Assembly (NCBI GenBank): GCA_904063045.1
Contig: CAJFCJ010000002.1
Location: 2,847,891-2,911,890 of the forward strand
Source of the DNA: Dimorphilus gyrociliatus
Lineage: Eukaryota; Animalia; Annelida
Length of the DNA: 64,000 nt
Reading direction: 5' to 3'
Shown here: piece after piece, positions 27,128 to 42,607 of the stretch
Numbering within the stretch: position 1 is the stretch's first letter
Layout of the letters: every line of letters begins with the position of its first letter
Position numbers and translations under genes: made by a program
Notes under the pieces: generated by a model
Told to the model about the DNA's origin: nothing
Seen by the model: the letters and a program-made list of their open reading frames with translations, nothing else
Database searches by the model: none

Positions 27128-30100
27128 TTATGAGTCACTATCACTCATATTTTCAACATTTTCATTGGTGTCAACAAAGATATCCAATAAAGTTTTTATT
27201 TGGCTATCCTCGTCCATGTCCATGTTTATGAAAAAGTCTCGAAACGCTTCATTTCTGCAAATTTACATAATTGTTAATAAGATTAATCTGTTTATAACTA
27301 AACATATATATATATATATATATATAGTATACAAACCGTGATATGCAATCCTCTTCCGTTTCTAAACATTTGTAATAAAGTTCTAAGCTACTATTTTTCT
27401 TTATGCTATTCAATATTTCTGCTGTCCTCTGTATCACATCATCTGAAGATCCAGTCTGTTGAGCTACATCGGAGGCATGTGAATTTAACTCTATTCCAGG
27501 TTTGATCTGAAATAAGCTAATGAACTCCTCCTCGTTAACCAGAATTTCCGTTTTCTGAGTTGATAAAGTACTAAGTTAGAGTATGCTTGCAAAAAAAGAC
27601 AATCACACAAACCCATTTGCGAATCTTTGAAGAGTTAGGTAGAACACGAAAAAGATCATGTAAATGGGTAACAACTAGCACATGAGGAGGATTTTCTTGT
27701 TGGACAAAATTATGAATACAAGCCCCAAGAATTGCCGTCCCTTTAAGAAAAATTGATCAAAATTTCATGAAATTTTTATATTTGAAACTTAAAATCTATT
27801 CATACCATCGGCGTTGAGTGTTCCTTTGCCAAATTCATCAATCACTATCAAAGATTTCTCAGTTGCAAAATTGAGCGCAACTGTCATTTGGTTAATATCG
27901 ATAAAGAACGTTGACAGATGAACTGAGACACTTTCCATTGTTCTTATTCTTGTGAAAATTCGATCTGTTAAGGATATTGTTGCGCACTTAGCAGGAACAA
28001 AGCTTCCTAAATGAGCCAGAAAAATGATAAGAGCCGTCTGCTTTATAAAAACACTTTTCCCGCTTGCATTTGGGCCAGTAATTATGTGGATATTTCCATA
28101 ATCAACACCTGAGTTAAAGTTGTTTGATATAAAAGAATCCACGATAAGCTCTTGAAGTGGATGCCGTCCTTCCTCAATGCAATACTTCCCATCGTTTTTC
28201 ATTGTAGGCCTTACATAGTTATGTTCTCTAGCAACTACTCCAAAACTGAAGAAAGTCATTCAGAACTTCAGTAATTTTCTCCAAAAATGTAAAATACTCG
28301 TTTATTTCATAAATATAGATATTTTCGGATTACAAATTAAGACTATATTTTGTTACAAAATCGAATTTAAAATTTTATGGTACACGTTCTGAGTGACTTT
28401 CCTTATGAGGCAATCAAGTTCAGCAGCAAATTCGCATATTTTCAAAAGTGTAGTGGAATTATTTGTTATAAGAGTTTGTAGTTCGTGCATTAGTTTTGTT
28501 TCCATATCGCTAATCTCAAACTTTGGATCTCCGAGTAAGTCATCCAATCCTAATATACATCCGCACTATTATAAACTTAAATTTATTTAGTAAACTAACA
28601 AACCACATGCGTCGCGATTCTTATAAAATGCTTGATCTGTTGACGTATACTGAGGAAGTAATTTGTATATAATATATACATTGATTTCATAATATAGAAA
28701 AGTAAAACAAACCAAAAATTTCATATCTGGAATATCACTTATTTCATCATCTTTAGTTTCAACTTCTTCTCTGTTCACTGCATACATGAATCCCATCTAA
28801 AAATTATTACACTTGCAATAGTATATGTTATATATAAAACTTCGTCTGATAAATATAAATTTGTTGACGTTGTTACACTTACATGAGGTATATAAACCAT
28901 TTTACCACTGGGATACTTTCTACCGGTTTCTTCATATGCTCTGTCAGTAAATTTCTCGAGAGTTTGCCCAATTTCTTCATATTTTTTCTTCTCTACAATC
29001 GTGAATATTTTAAGTATGAATAAAATTTATACATTTTAATTAGCTTACTTTCATCGAGTGTATCATTTACACCCGGTTTTACGACAAAGGCCTGCTCTAT
29101 CCGTGATTGTTCAAAGTCGATCTGCGAGTTACAAAAGTTATGTGTAATTTTTAGCCCTTCAGCCTATTACTTACAGTTGAGGAGATAATATTATGCAACA
29201 TGGTCAAATCATCATCAAAATTTTCTAGTATCTATTAAAAAAATGAATAATATACTCAAAAACCATTTATCAGAGATCCATACTTTGTGAAAAATTGATA
29301 CATTTTCAGGACAAGAGCTTCTAATTATATTGGCTATTGAAATCGAATTGAACAAAGTCTGAAAAAAATATACATTAGCATGTTGTCTAGAAATTCTCTC
29401 TAGATGCTTGTATCTGTTCTCAAATAATGAAATGATTCACCTGGACAAGACTTTGCCAACCATAAAAATCAAACCCACCCAACTTCATTCGATGTAAAAT
29501 AGGCTAAAAGACATAATTTTAAAAAAGAAATTAGATATGTTCAATCTAACCGTTAAATTTTTCATGTTTTTTAGGCAACGTTGTAAGCTATCAACAATAT
29601 CAGCACGAGTAGACACTGAAAAGAATTCAACAGCGTCTAAACGCTCCTTTATCTGACTCATATTACGAAGCGGCTTCTGAAACCATTGGTGTAGTAGTCT
29701 AGATCCTGGTAATGAGCTACATCTATTCATATGACGCAATAGACTTAGTCCTTCCTTTGTCGCATTCCAAAAACTTGACTTGAGAACCGACGGGTGAACA
29801 TCTCTCTTGAAAATTTGCAGAGCTCCATAGGAACTCTCATCCAGAGTCATGACATTTTCTCTATAAGCAAAAAAAAGTGATTAAAAGTCAAGGCTGCTTT
29901 TAGATTATTACATATCGAAAATTTTATATCCAGTAATAATAAGCGAGTCTTGAGAAGTCTTTAAGTTGTTAATATTCATTGCCTGTAAATATTTAATCAA
30001 GCCCCCAATCGCACAAATTACATTTGTACTGTCGTATGGTACAACCGAGGTGAGATAAAGCTTCTTTTCTGCATCAGTTAAGTAGGTTGGCATGGTTAAC

Positions 30101-31388
30101 AGTGGAATGTTTTCGATTCTTGATTTTGCAATATCATAATCTTTTTTGGAAAATAGAATAATATAATTCATATCCAATGTGATATAGAAAACTCACTGTA
30201 ATCTCTCGATGACTGAATTTCCACGCTGAAACTGCCTAAATCGGTGGCAACTGAAGATAAACAGATAGCTTCTTCATCTGTAGAAAAATGTGAACTTTTT
30301 CAATGATTATAGAATATTAACTTCAAATGAACCATAATCGCCATTGCGTCCACTATTAGGGTCAATAATTTTCAGAAGGTTGTTATCACATCTGGAACTG
30401 ACCACAATGGCTTGAGGTTGAATCGCTTGTATAACTGAAAAATATTAATATATAGCAGATACCATGCTTCATATAAAAAATAAATTATTAATCTGATACA
30501 GCTTTATTACAAACTGATTGAATATTGAACCTTTCTGAAATTCCAAGTATTCTCCACTGTCAATAAAATCCAACATCATGAATATTATGCCTGAGTCAAT
30601 CTCAAAGAAAGAAATTCCTAGTTTGTCCCTTGTTTGATGAACACTAACGACTATATTACTATCTTCTTTTATATTTTTGGATAGCTGGAAATTTTCTAAT
30701 GTGGTCTCGGACGAATTCGATTTATCAACCGGTAGTGATTCACTTTTATCAGTCAATTGAGCTGACGGTGTTGAATTGAAAACTTTTCCAAAAGATCTTG
30801 TAACTGTTTGATTCTCCAGTTGGGTATCGTTGCTTACATTACTCGATCGATCACAAGACAGTAATGCATTCTTTGAAGGAAAGCTAGGGTCTGATGCTAT
30901 ATTTGGAAAATTTGAAACTGAGCTATCTCGAGAATCAGACACTTTTCCCCCATAAAAATCATCAAGGCTCCTAAAAGCCTCTTTATGTTGGCGGGAAGTG
31001 TTCTGTATATTATCGTCGTTTTCAAATTCGGCATCTGCATTCACTCTAAATGAAAGAAAAGTTGAAAATTTTTCAGAAAAAAAAATGTTGTTTACCCTTC
31101 ATCCGACAATAGGTCTACATCAAAATCTTCTTCTTCTGGAATTTCTTCAAATTCTTCACCTGATGCTTCACTAAATCCTCCAAATTCTAATTCAAGCGAT
31201 GCTTCATCACAAATACTCTCATTGCTTTCTTCACTAAAAAAGTGTGTTGGATATTATATATTTCAAAAATATGAACTTGTTTTTATAGAATAAACTCTAC
31301 TCTACCGTCTAGTGGGACGTTCTGCCCCAGTGGATGAAGAACTAGGACTTGTAAAACGATTTTTAAATGTTTTCTTCGGAAAATTCAT
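27128..31388 (-). CDS. MSH5: MutS homolog 5 (meiotic MutS-gamma subunit); about 17 exons with an acidic N-terminal extension
   Basis: KEGLSLL..MNRCSSLPGSRLL, LDDLLGD, GRHPLQEL, ITGPNASGKSVFIKQ (Walker A), DRIFTRI, LSTFFID, SLIVIDEFGKGT; stop TAA at 27128-27130. One intron (28246-28401) appears non-canonical. Confidence 0.93.
28246..28401 (-). other. MSH5 intron with putative GA donor and a 16-bp terminal inverted repeat (Introner/MITE-like)
   Basis: Minus strand: ...CTC ATA AG|gaaagtcactcagaac...gttctgaatgactttcttcag|T TTT GGA. Arms at plus-strand 28386-28401 and 28251-28266 match 15/16. Confidence 0.6.
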
Positions 31389-31928
31389 TGTTTAAAAAAT
31401 GTCACATTTCACCATGCTAAGAGGAAGTACTGTATTCCACTAAATAAAGCAGCCGAAAAAGAACGTTCGAAAAAAGTAAACTAAAAAATGATACGTTTTT
31501 CGCAATTAAAGGTTTTATTTAAAAAAACCTTTGAACTATTTTATTTATTTGAGTTTTTTATTTTAAACAAATATGTTTGATAATAAAAAAAAAACAAGCC
31601 TAAAAGAAGAAAATTTATAAAGTTGATAAATTTACCGGCAACAGGGAGCATAAATTATACTGTATTAATCAAATTCATACTTATATTCATTATTGCCTAT
31701 TTTAATATTATATCTATTATATTATGTAAAACTAATAGACTTTTATAAACAATTTAATTATTTTGTGGTAAGAAAATAAAAAAAAATAAGTTTTTTCTTA
31801 TTTTACGAGAAAATAAATATTTGAATATGCATATGGGAATTCCCCTGGACTTTTATATAAAATATTCTGAGTATAAGAGGCTCCATCACTTCGATAAACT
31901 AATTTTGTGGATAAGTGTCGATAAGGAG

Positions 31929-32426
31929 ATGGAAAAGTTTCAAGAAAATACTGATTTGCTTGATATTATTGGGCTTGCTCATCAAGTTCTAAATCCGGTA
32001 GAAATAGCTCAACCAAGGTTTGTACTATCCGAAGATGAAACACTTCCGGATTTGGATTTCTCTGAGGTTATAGGAGATAGTATAGAAGAGAGTGAAATGA
32101 AGAATTTTTTTAATAGTGTTATTCAAACAAAGGAAACTTGTGACATTAGTTCCCGAAAGTCAGCAATAAAGAATCGAAGACAGTCATCGGCACTACCTGA
32201 ATCTGAAGAAAAACGTGAAAGGAAGAGAGAAAGGAATAGGATAGCTGCTCGAAGAAGTCGGTATAAAAAACATAAAATGATTGAGAATTTGGAAAGACAA
32301 ATTCAAGAATTAAAGACAAAAAACACATTATGTAACGATACGTACTTTCAATTAAAAGCTGAATTTCAAGGATTAACTGAAAAGATTAAATTTCATATAC
32401 AAAAAGGATGTGAACTTTATACCTAG
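31929..32426 (+). CDS. Intronless bZIP transcription factor, Fos/ATF3/BATF-like, about 165 aa
   Basis: Basic region KRERNRIAARRSRYKK with intact N-x-x-A-A-x-x-S-R core; heptads L-L-C-L-L-H followed by KGC. ATG 31929 is preferred over the ORF-track TTG start, with a TATA-like TATATAAA near 31854. Confidence 0.85.
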   Translation: MEKFQENTDLLDIIGLAHQVLNPVEIAQPRFVLSEDETLPDLDFSEVIGDSIEESEMKNFFNSVIQTKETCDISSRKSAIKNRRQSSALPESEEKRERKRERNRIAARRSRYKKHKMIENLERQIQELKTKNTLCNDTYFQLKAEFQGLTEKIKFHIQKGCELYT

Positions 32427-33296
32427 CTCCTTTTACTATTAATAACTAATATAGCCATATTTTTGACAATTGTACTTTTCATTCAGCCAAAATAGAATCT
32501 TTTTTTATGTAGTATAGCCATTACGTCTATATTACGGTAATTTATTTATAATATATAGTTAATCCATTTCAATTTACTACATTTTCTAACGTTGGACCTC
32601 AAATTTTATGAAATTATTTTTAATTACAGCTACAGTATTGAAAATTCTTTGTCAATACGTTGTGACATTTTTTTAAAGAGTAAACACTGTTAACAACATA
32701 TTATTATGATTATATAAATACCAAATTCTTTATAAATATACAAATGTATAAATATCAAGAAAACATTTCTTATCTATATAGCTTTTTGTCAATAGAACCT
32801 TATCTGCTTTGTATTTTAGGCTGACAGGGAGTTAAGTTTTTTTCCTAATCTGTCCTGATAAGAAAGCCATTATTTATCCGTGATTATTTACCTATATCAA
32901 ATTGCAATCTTACATCACCAATACCTATTGAACTAAATGTTTGATAAGTGGTCTTTTTTCTAGAGCATCTATTCTAAATAGCTAGATTTTTCCTTATAAT
33001 AAATTGTTATTTTATCAGCATTACCTTTGTCAGATACAATATTAGGCCTGAATCATGTTTGCGAAAAGTAAATATATCAATATGTAAATATACACAAACA
33101 TATAAATATATACAATATACAGTAAAAACTTTTAGCTTTTTTCGTTGAAAACAAAATATATAACAGAGTTTTAGACAGATTTGTGAAATTTTATTTTCTC
33201 GTAAACGAAACTAAACACTTCATGATGGTAACTGAAAAAAATAAAGAAATGAAACAGTTGCTCTGGTAGAATAGAAGTGAATGAGAATATTTTTTA

Positions 33297-36200
33297 TTAT
33301 TCATTTGGGTCCTGTTCTCTAGCTTGGTGGGAAATGAAAGACAGTCTTGTTTTTAACGGATTACGTAATCTATTGATTATTTTATCCACTTCATTCTTTA
33401 CTCCATCGCCGACGTACATATATTTGATATCGTAGAAAAAGTCACTTATTGTGTCCATATAAACTAAATTCTGACCGGCAAATCTATCAACTCTTTCTAG
33501 CATTTCGTACAATTCAACAGTAAGCTCAAGAACGCACCGCGTTCTCTCTGCTGCTAGACGATATAGGAAAGGACCTATCAATTTACAAACGAAGAGAAAT
33601 TGATGTTCATATTTGACAAGTGGTCTTATCTTTTCACGTATAAAGAATGGTATGGATGAAAGCTGACCGATAGAGCCGTGTTGCCAACACGAATGCACTA
33701 TGGCTAAAACTCTGGAACTCTTCGCATCTCCTCCAACTGGCATTGTCTCGTAAAAATCAAAGGCTGTAAGATCAACTTCAGGAGGTAAAGTCCTTAAGGT
33801 ATCGGCAACTAGATCATTAAGCACTGAAGAAAATGGTTCAGGTAGTGACATAAGAACCAAACCCACAGCGTTCATACGCTGCATAGCTTCCTCTCTTGAA
33901 TTATGTAAAGATTTGATTGCAATATCTATTAAGTGATTACCAATGTCCGCTGGTTGCTCTTGAAGAGTCATAAGCTCCACGCAAGTGACATATACACAAT
34001 GTGCCTTAACATTGACAATTTCATTGAATCTCCAATCGATCTCTGGAAATATAGGTTTACCTTCTAATGTATCTGATAAACGTTTAATTAATCCAGAATA
34101 ATACGAAGTATTTGGCTTCCATCCGTTACTTGTGTTGAAAATATTCCTCTCAAAATCACTGGTAAATGCCCAGCCTTGGGGCCTTGCGTCCCTAAGTGCT
34201 GAATTTATGGTTCCAACCAAAACCCTTTTCATATCCGACCTATGTCTCAATAGGCGTTCGTAATAGAAAAGAGTGTTATATAAAAATGTGATAGGGTGAT
34301 CATGAAGCTTGTAAATTTTACCAAAATGTTCAAGAATTTTGAAGAAGCACTGTGAAGCTTGTTCAACTTCAATACACCTTTGAATAAGAATATCACAATA
34401 CGGTATAAATCTCGAACAAACGGATGAATAATACGTAGGAAGATAACTGTTTTGATTATTAGCACTGCCGACAACCCACTTTTCTGGGAAATTTGCATGG
34501 AATTTTGTGTGAATTTCATGAGCGGTTTCCATGTGATCTAGCCAATGAGACGCTGGAGTTTCTTTCACCCATTCGTTGATACGGATACGTAATTCGGGAG
34601 GTTTAAATAAGAGATGATTTAAAACGTTAAAAGCCACCTGAGGATCGACACCATCGACATGACGAAGAGCTAAACATAATACAAGCTTTTCCAAAGGAAA
34701 AGCATAAATTTTCCAAATCATTTCATTAAGAACATCAATGACCTGTTGAACATGACCTGTACTTGAAAATTCCAATACTATATAATCTGCTAATTTTCGA
34801 ACGTGTTGTGATAAAAGTTTAGGACGTAAATGTTCAAGCATATCTCTAGCCTGTTGTGTTAAACCTCCAGTTTCCTATTAAAAAAAAACAATAGTTAAAT
34901 CATTTAATAAAAGTATTTTGCATCATTTTGTCATTCAGCAAACCTTCATTAATCTATATAAAACACATAAAAAGTAGGGTTGAGCCGTCTCATCAATCCA
35001 GTTTTTCATATCTCCTGGTCCTGATCTCCATCGATTCAATTCCACATCGACAAAATGCATAAGATTCTGAATATTATCGCTCGGTGCGGGCTTACTAGAG
35101 AGTAAAAAATCACTAATTGGATGTGGAAAACATTCTAAAGCTTGAGATGACCAGTAGAGAGGAGTTTTCTTTGATATTTGTTTTATAAAATCCTGATTGT
35201 TTGAAGATCCTTCAGCTCCGCTCATATGTACTGTTCTTGCTAAACTAGAAATAATAACCCTATTCATTTCCTCATTATCGGTGGGATCAATTTTATGAAA
35301 AAAGTTTTCATTGAGCTTCAGTATTAAACGCAGACACGCACTTTCTATTGACGTCTGTAGTTAATTAAAAATATTTTAAATTCTGTTTTCATTTAACTGA
35401 TTTAACGAACCTGTAATTGCGAGTGAAGAAGGCCAGAATTAAGCAAGTTTAAAAGACTAATTAATAAACTGGCCACGTAATGTCCTTGTATAAAATGAAG
35501 TCGATTAGATATTAGATCGACGAAGATATGAAGAGTTTCATAGGCTCCTTTATTGACAAAGTGGTGGAACACTTGCTGCACAAAAGATTTTATTCCAAAA
35601 GATTCAATGTCATTGTAACTGAGGAGTCGAGCGTAAGTTTCAACCAAAGCAGGTGATAACCGATTTCCTTTAAGTATTCTATTTTTAACAAGCATATGAA
35701 TAAAGCTCATTTTTGTGTGAACCGTCCAAGAATCCATCATTTCAATTGACAACGGTTTAATAGCTTTTGGTACTTCAACATCACCAGCTAATTTTACTTT
35801 CATTTCATGTGATCCTGATATTTCTTCTAGGAAGATGGTAAGAAGAGGGGTAAGATTTTCAGTTTGAGTACTATAAGCGTTGGCAATTAACACTAAACGA
35901 TAGCTGACTTTCAGGAATTTGTGTTGTTTGGCCAAGTCTTCTAAGAATATATACTGCCTCGACAAAACGGCCGGTATTTTACGATTAATATTCGTTTTGT
36001 CACTTGCAGCTTTTAACATAACATGTGTCCAAATGGAGACTGCTGCAAAATTTTTTATGCAAGTTGAATCATCGATGCTAGGTGTTTCTAATTCTTCGTC
36101 ATCTTTATAGCAAACGTCTATCACTTTCAAAACGGGTAAAAAGTCAGTTGCTGAATGTTTCGATATACTTCCAGATAAGAATTGTAGTAGGAGCCACATA

Positions 36201-37898
36201 AGATGATTTCTACCCCTTCTAATTGCAGTTCTCATTTCGTCTACGTTTATTTTTTGAAGTCGACTAAGCAGATTATTTATCTATTTAAAATTTATATGAA
36301 ACCATTGTTATATGATAAGTTCAATAAAAAATTTAATTATAATTGGCAATTACTGTTCGATTACACTTTTAGAAAAAGAAACAAATATGATATAATAAAC
36401 TCACCATATCAGGAAAGTTAACGAAATGGTACATCACTAGAAATACCAGGGTAGAGCTTATACGTTGCATCATTCTTTCGATATCTTTGACATTTGTATA
36501 TTTTAAAAGTGCTTCCATTGCCATATCGACTAATTCGTTCTCCAAATTTATACACCTCATTAATTTTGAACCTGTCTTACTCCCTGATAAATTGAGCATA
36601 TTCATTATATACACGTTACACCCTGCCTGCTCTAAGACATATCTGACTAAGCCATTTTGAGTCTGATTTAGTTCTTTATCCCATGGTAATGGGCCTGTCA
36701 ACACTAATTTTAGAGCCCCAGTTGCGTGTAATTTCCATCCATAGCATTGCTGATTGGTAATTCCGACAATGGGTTTCAAACAATTACGACCTGATATTGT
36801 TAATAATTTTGCAGCCGGTCGGAAACTTTGCATGTAATCGGCTAACAACTGACCAAGTCGCCAATGGGGCCAAGGTTTTTCTTCACTATGATATCTCGAG
36901 GATATTTCATTTACAGCCAAAAATCCAGGTAACAAACAGTTATTTCTGTTGATAATATATTCAATCAAACAAAAGACTGCATCGATACAAGGCGAATGTG
37001 ATAGACTAGACCCGGTCGGCAGCAGTCTAATACTTATTAAAGTAAATTTTAAAAGATCCCGAACTCCCTATGTAAAAAAGAAAAGTTAACAATATAAAGC
37101 CAGTAAACTACCTATTATTTAACCTTATAGTCAACAAAGGTGATTATACGGCGAATCAGACTAAAAGCGTCCACCCATATTTTTGGTCGGTCAACTGTCA
37201 ATAATTTTGAGTTCAAAATTGCTTCGCATACATGACGTGCTCCAAGTCGAGATAATGAACGATTGTCTCGCATTGCCGCTTCCAAACATCTGAATACCAC
37301 TGATGACCTGACACATCTTCTTCTCTCAAGGGCTGCTTTAACCAGTAAATTTATACAGGCGATGAAATTGTCTTGCTGTATGTTAAAAAAAATTCCATTA
37401 TGGTAAACTGAAACCACAAATCTATTAAAGGCAGTAGATATATCACTGAAAAATTGTGGTTATAGATAATTCTTCAAATCATTAAATCTCGGTATTATCT
37501 CTCTATGGCATATATACGTAGATTACATAATAAGTTTAACAGCTTTAGCTGATGCTAAATATTACGAGATTTGAAAGACTCTTGGTGAATCATTTTCTGT
37601 TATTTCAGTGAATGGTTAAATATTTTTATCCTTATTGATATTAAAATTTCTTACCTCGTTTACGACACTGAGAAGTAAGTTTTTTATCACCTCCTCCTTC
37701 CATACATCGTTTTGTGAATTAGATTCTTTGAGAGATGTTAAAACCGCATTATCGCGCGCCTAAGTGAAATATTGATATTATCGCTCAAAGTTGATCGAAA
37801 AGAGATAGATTGACAAATCTTACAAAAATTGAGAACAGGGCCTGGTCCACCTTCATTTCTATTTCTTTTTGGATATCGTCTTGTGACGATTGCGTCAT
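33297..37898 (-). CDS. MED23: Mediator of RNA polymerase II transcription subunit 23; 7 coding exons
   Basis: LFSIF, VCEAILNS, DYK|GVRDLLK, CLLPGFLAVNEI, GRNHLMWLLLQFLSGSI, LSPALVETYARLL, YLPTYYSSVCSRF, DWRFNE, KYMYVGD; collinear with human MED23. Confidence 0.95.
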
Positions 37899-38632
37899 CC
37901 TTCACTGAGATAAATGATTAAGTATGTCTTAATTACAGAGTAAAATACAAATCCGATATACCAGTTTTCAAATCTAAGTGGACACCGCAAAAAAAGCGAA
38001 CGCCTACACTTTTATAAATGTGAATGCAAATGCGTTGTTATGCGTTTATCTTTAATTTTCAATAAATCCTTATTACAATAATATCCTGCAAATCCAAATC
38101 TCTTTAACTTTTATTTACATAACTATGGTACAAAAACATACTAAAACTATAATATAAGAGGCACATAAGAAACGAAATGGTCTTTACACAAAGTCGGTTG
38201 AATCTTCATCGCCCCAATAAAAATAATGACATTTTGCGCTAGAATAATCACTTGCTATGAGTTTACATTATTAAAAAAACCACAAAAATCGTACAAAAAT
38301 TTGATACTATAGGCAACATTGATACAGACTTAACGTCAATCCCTCATTCAACCACTACCAAAAACTGCGCTAGCATTCTGTTTTTCGTTTTCCTCGAAAT
38401 GCATAAACGGAATGAAGCTGTTTGAAAAGAACTTACACACACTTCAATATTAACATATGTGGGTAGTTTCGCTAAAATAATAGTGTACAGCCCACCAAAG
38501 CGAGCCGAACACGAAAAATTTTTTTTTCTTAATGTTTTTTTTTTATTTCAATCATACCACCGACAAACTTTTGATCCCCAATAAATAACGAAGGAGGAAA
38601 TTTCATAAACCAAAAAGTTACAGGATGACCGT

Positions 38633-42105
<3,473 letters not shown>

Positions 42106-42607
42106 TTTTCGCCGTAGTTTTTACTTCAGGAGGAAATTGCAGCTGATCACACTGACGAAATAGCTGCGAAATTATAAACAAGCTATAAAATGTGACATAA
42201 AATGAATTATAAAATATATATTGTACCCTATTGAAACGTTTCTTGTCTTAAAGACCTCCGTGCATTATTTCTAGAACGCAGGCGCTCAATTAGCCTATTA
42301 TTTTTGATAGTTATTTAGTAGTAAAACATATTACTGATTCTTCTCAGAAACTGTCCAACACAAAACATGGCGGTTTTTTTATTTCCTGTTCCGTTGTTTA
42401 CTATGAAAACTGGTAACGCATTTCAAATATCAGCTTTCCATTGCAACAGAATAGTATGATTTAGGTTATTTTTTATGTAAATTATAAATGTTAACTACGT
42501 GGAAAGTATATTGAACTCTGTTGACGTACTAAATTATCCTACTTGTAATCTATATTTGGATTGAAAGGTTAAGTAAGAATAAGTCTTTAATCGGGTATAA
42601 TAAACAT

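Noticed and set aside
17229-31388. FANCD2, MTR4 and MSH5 as a functional DNA-repair or meiosis cluster
   Set aside because: The whole region is dense in nuclear housekeeping genes, so adjacency is expected by chance. No shared regulatory evidence was seen.
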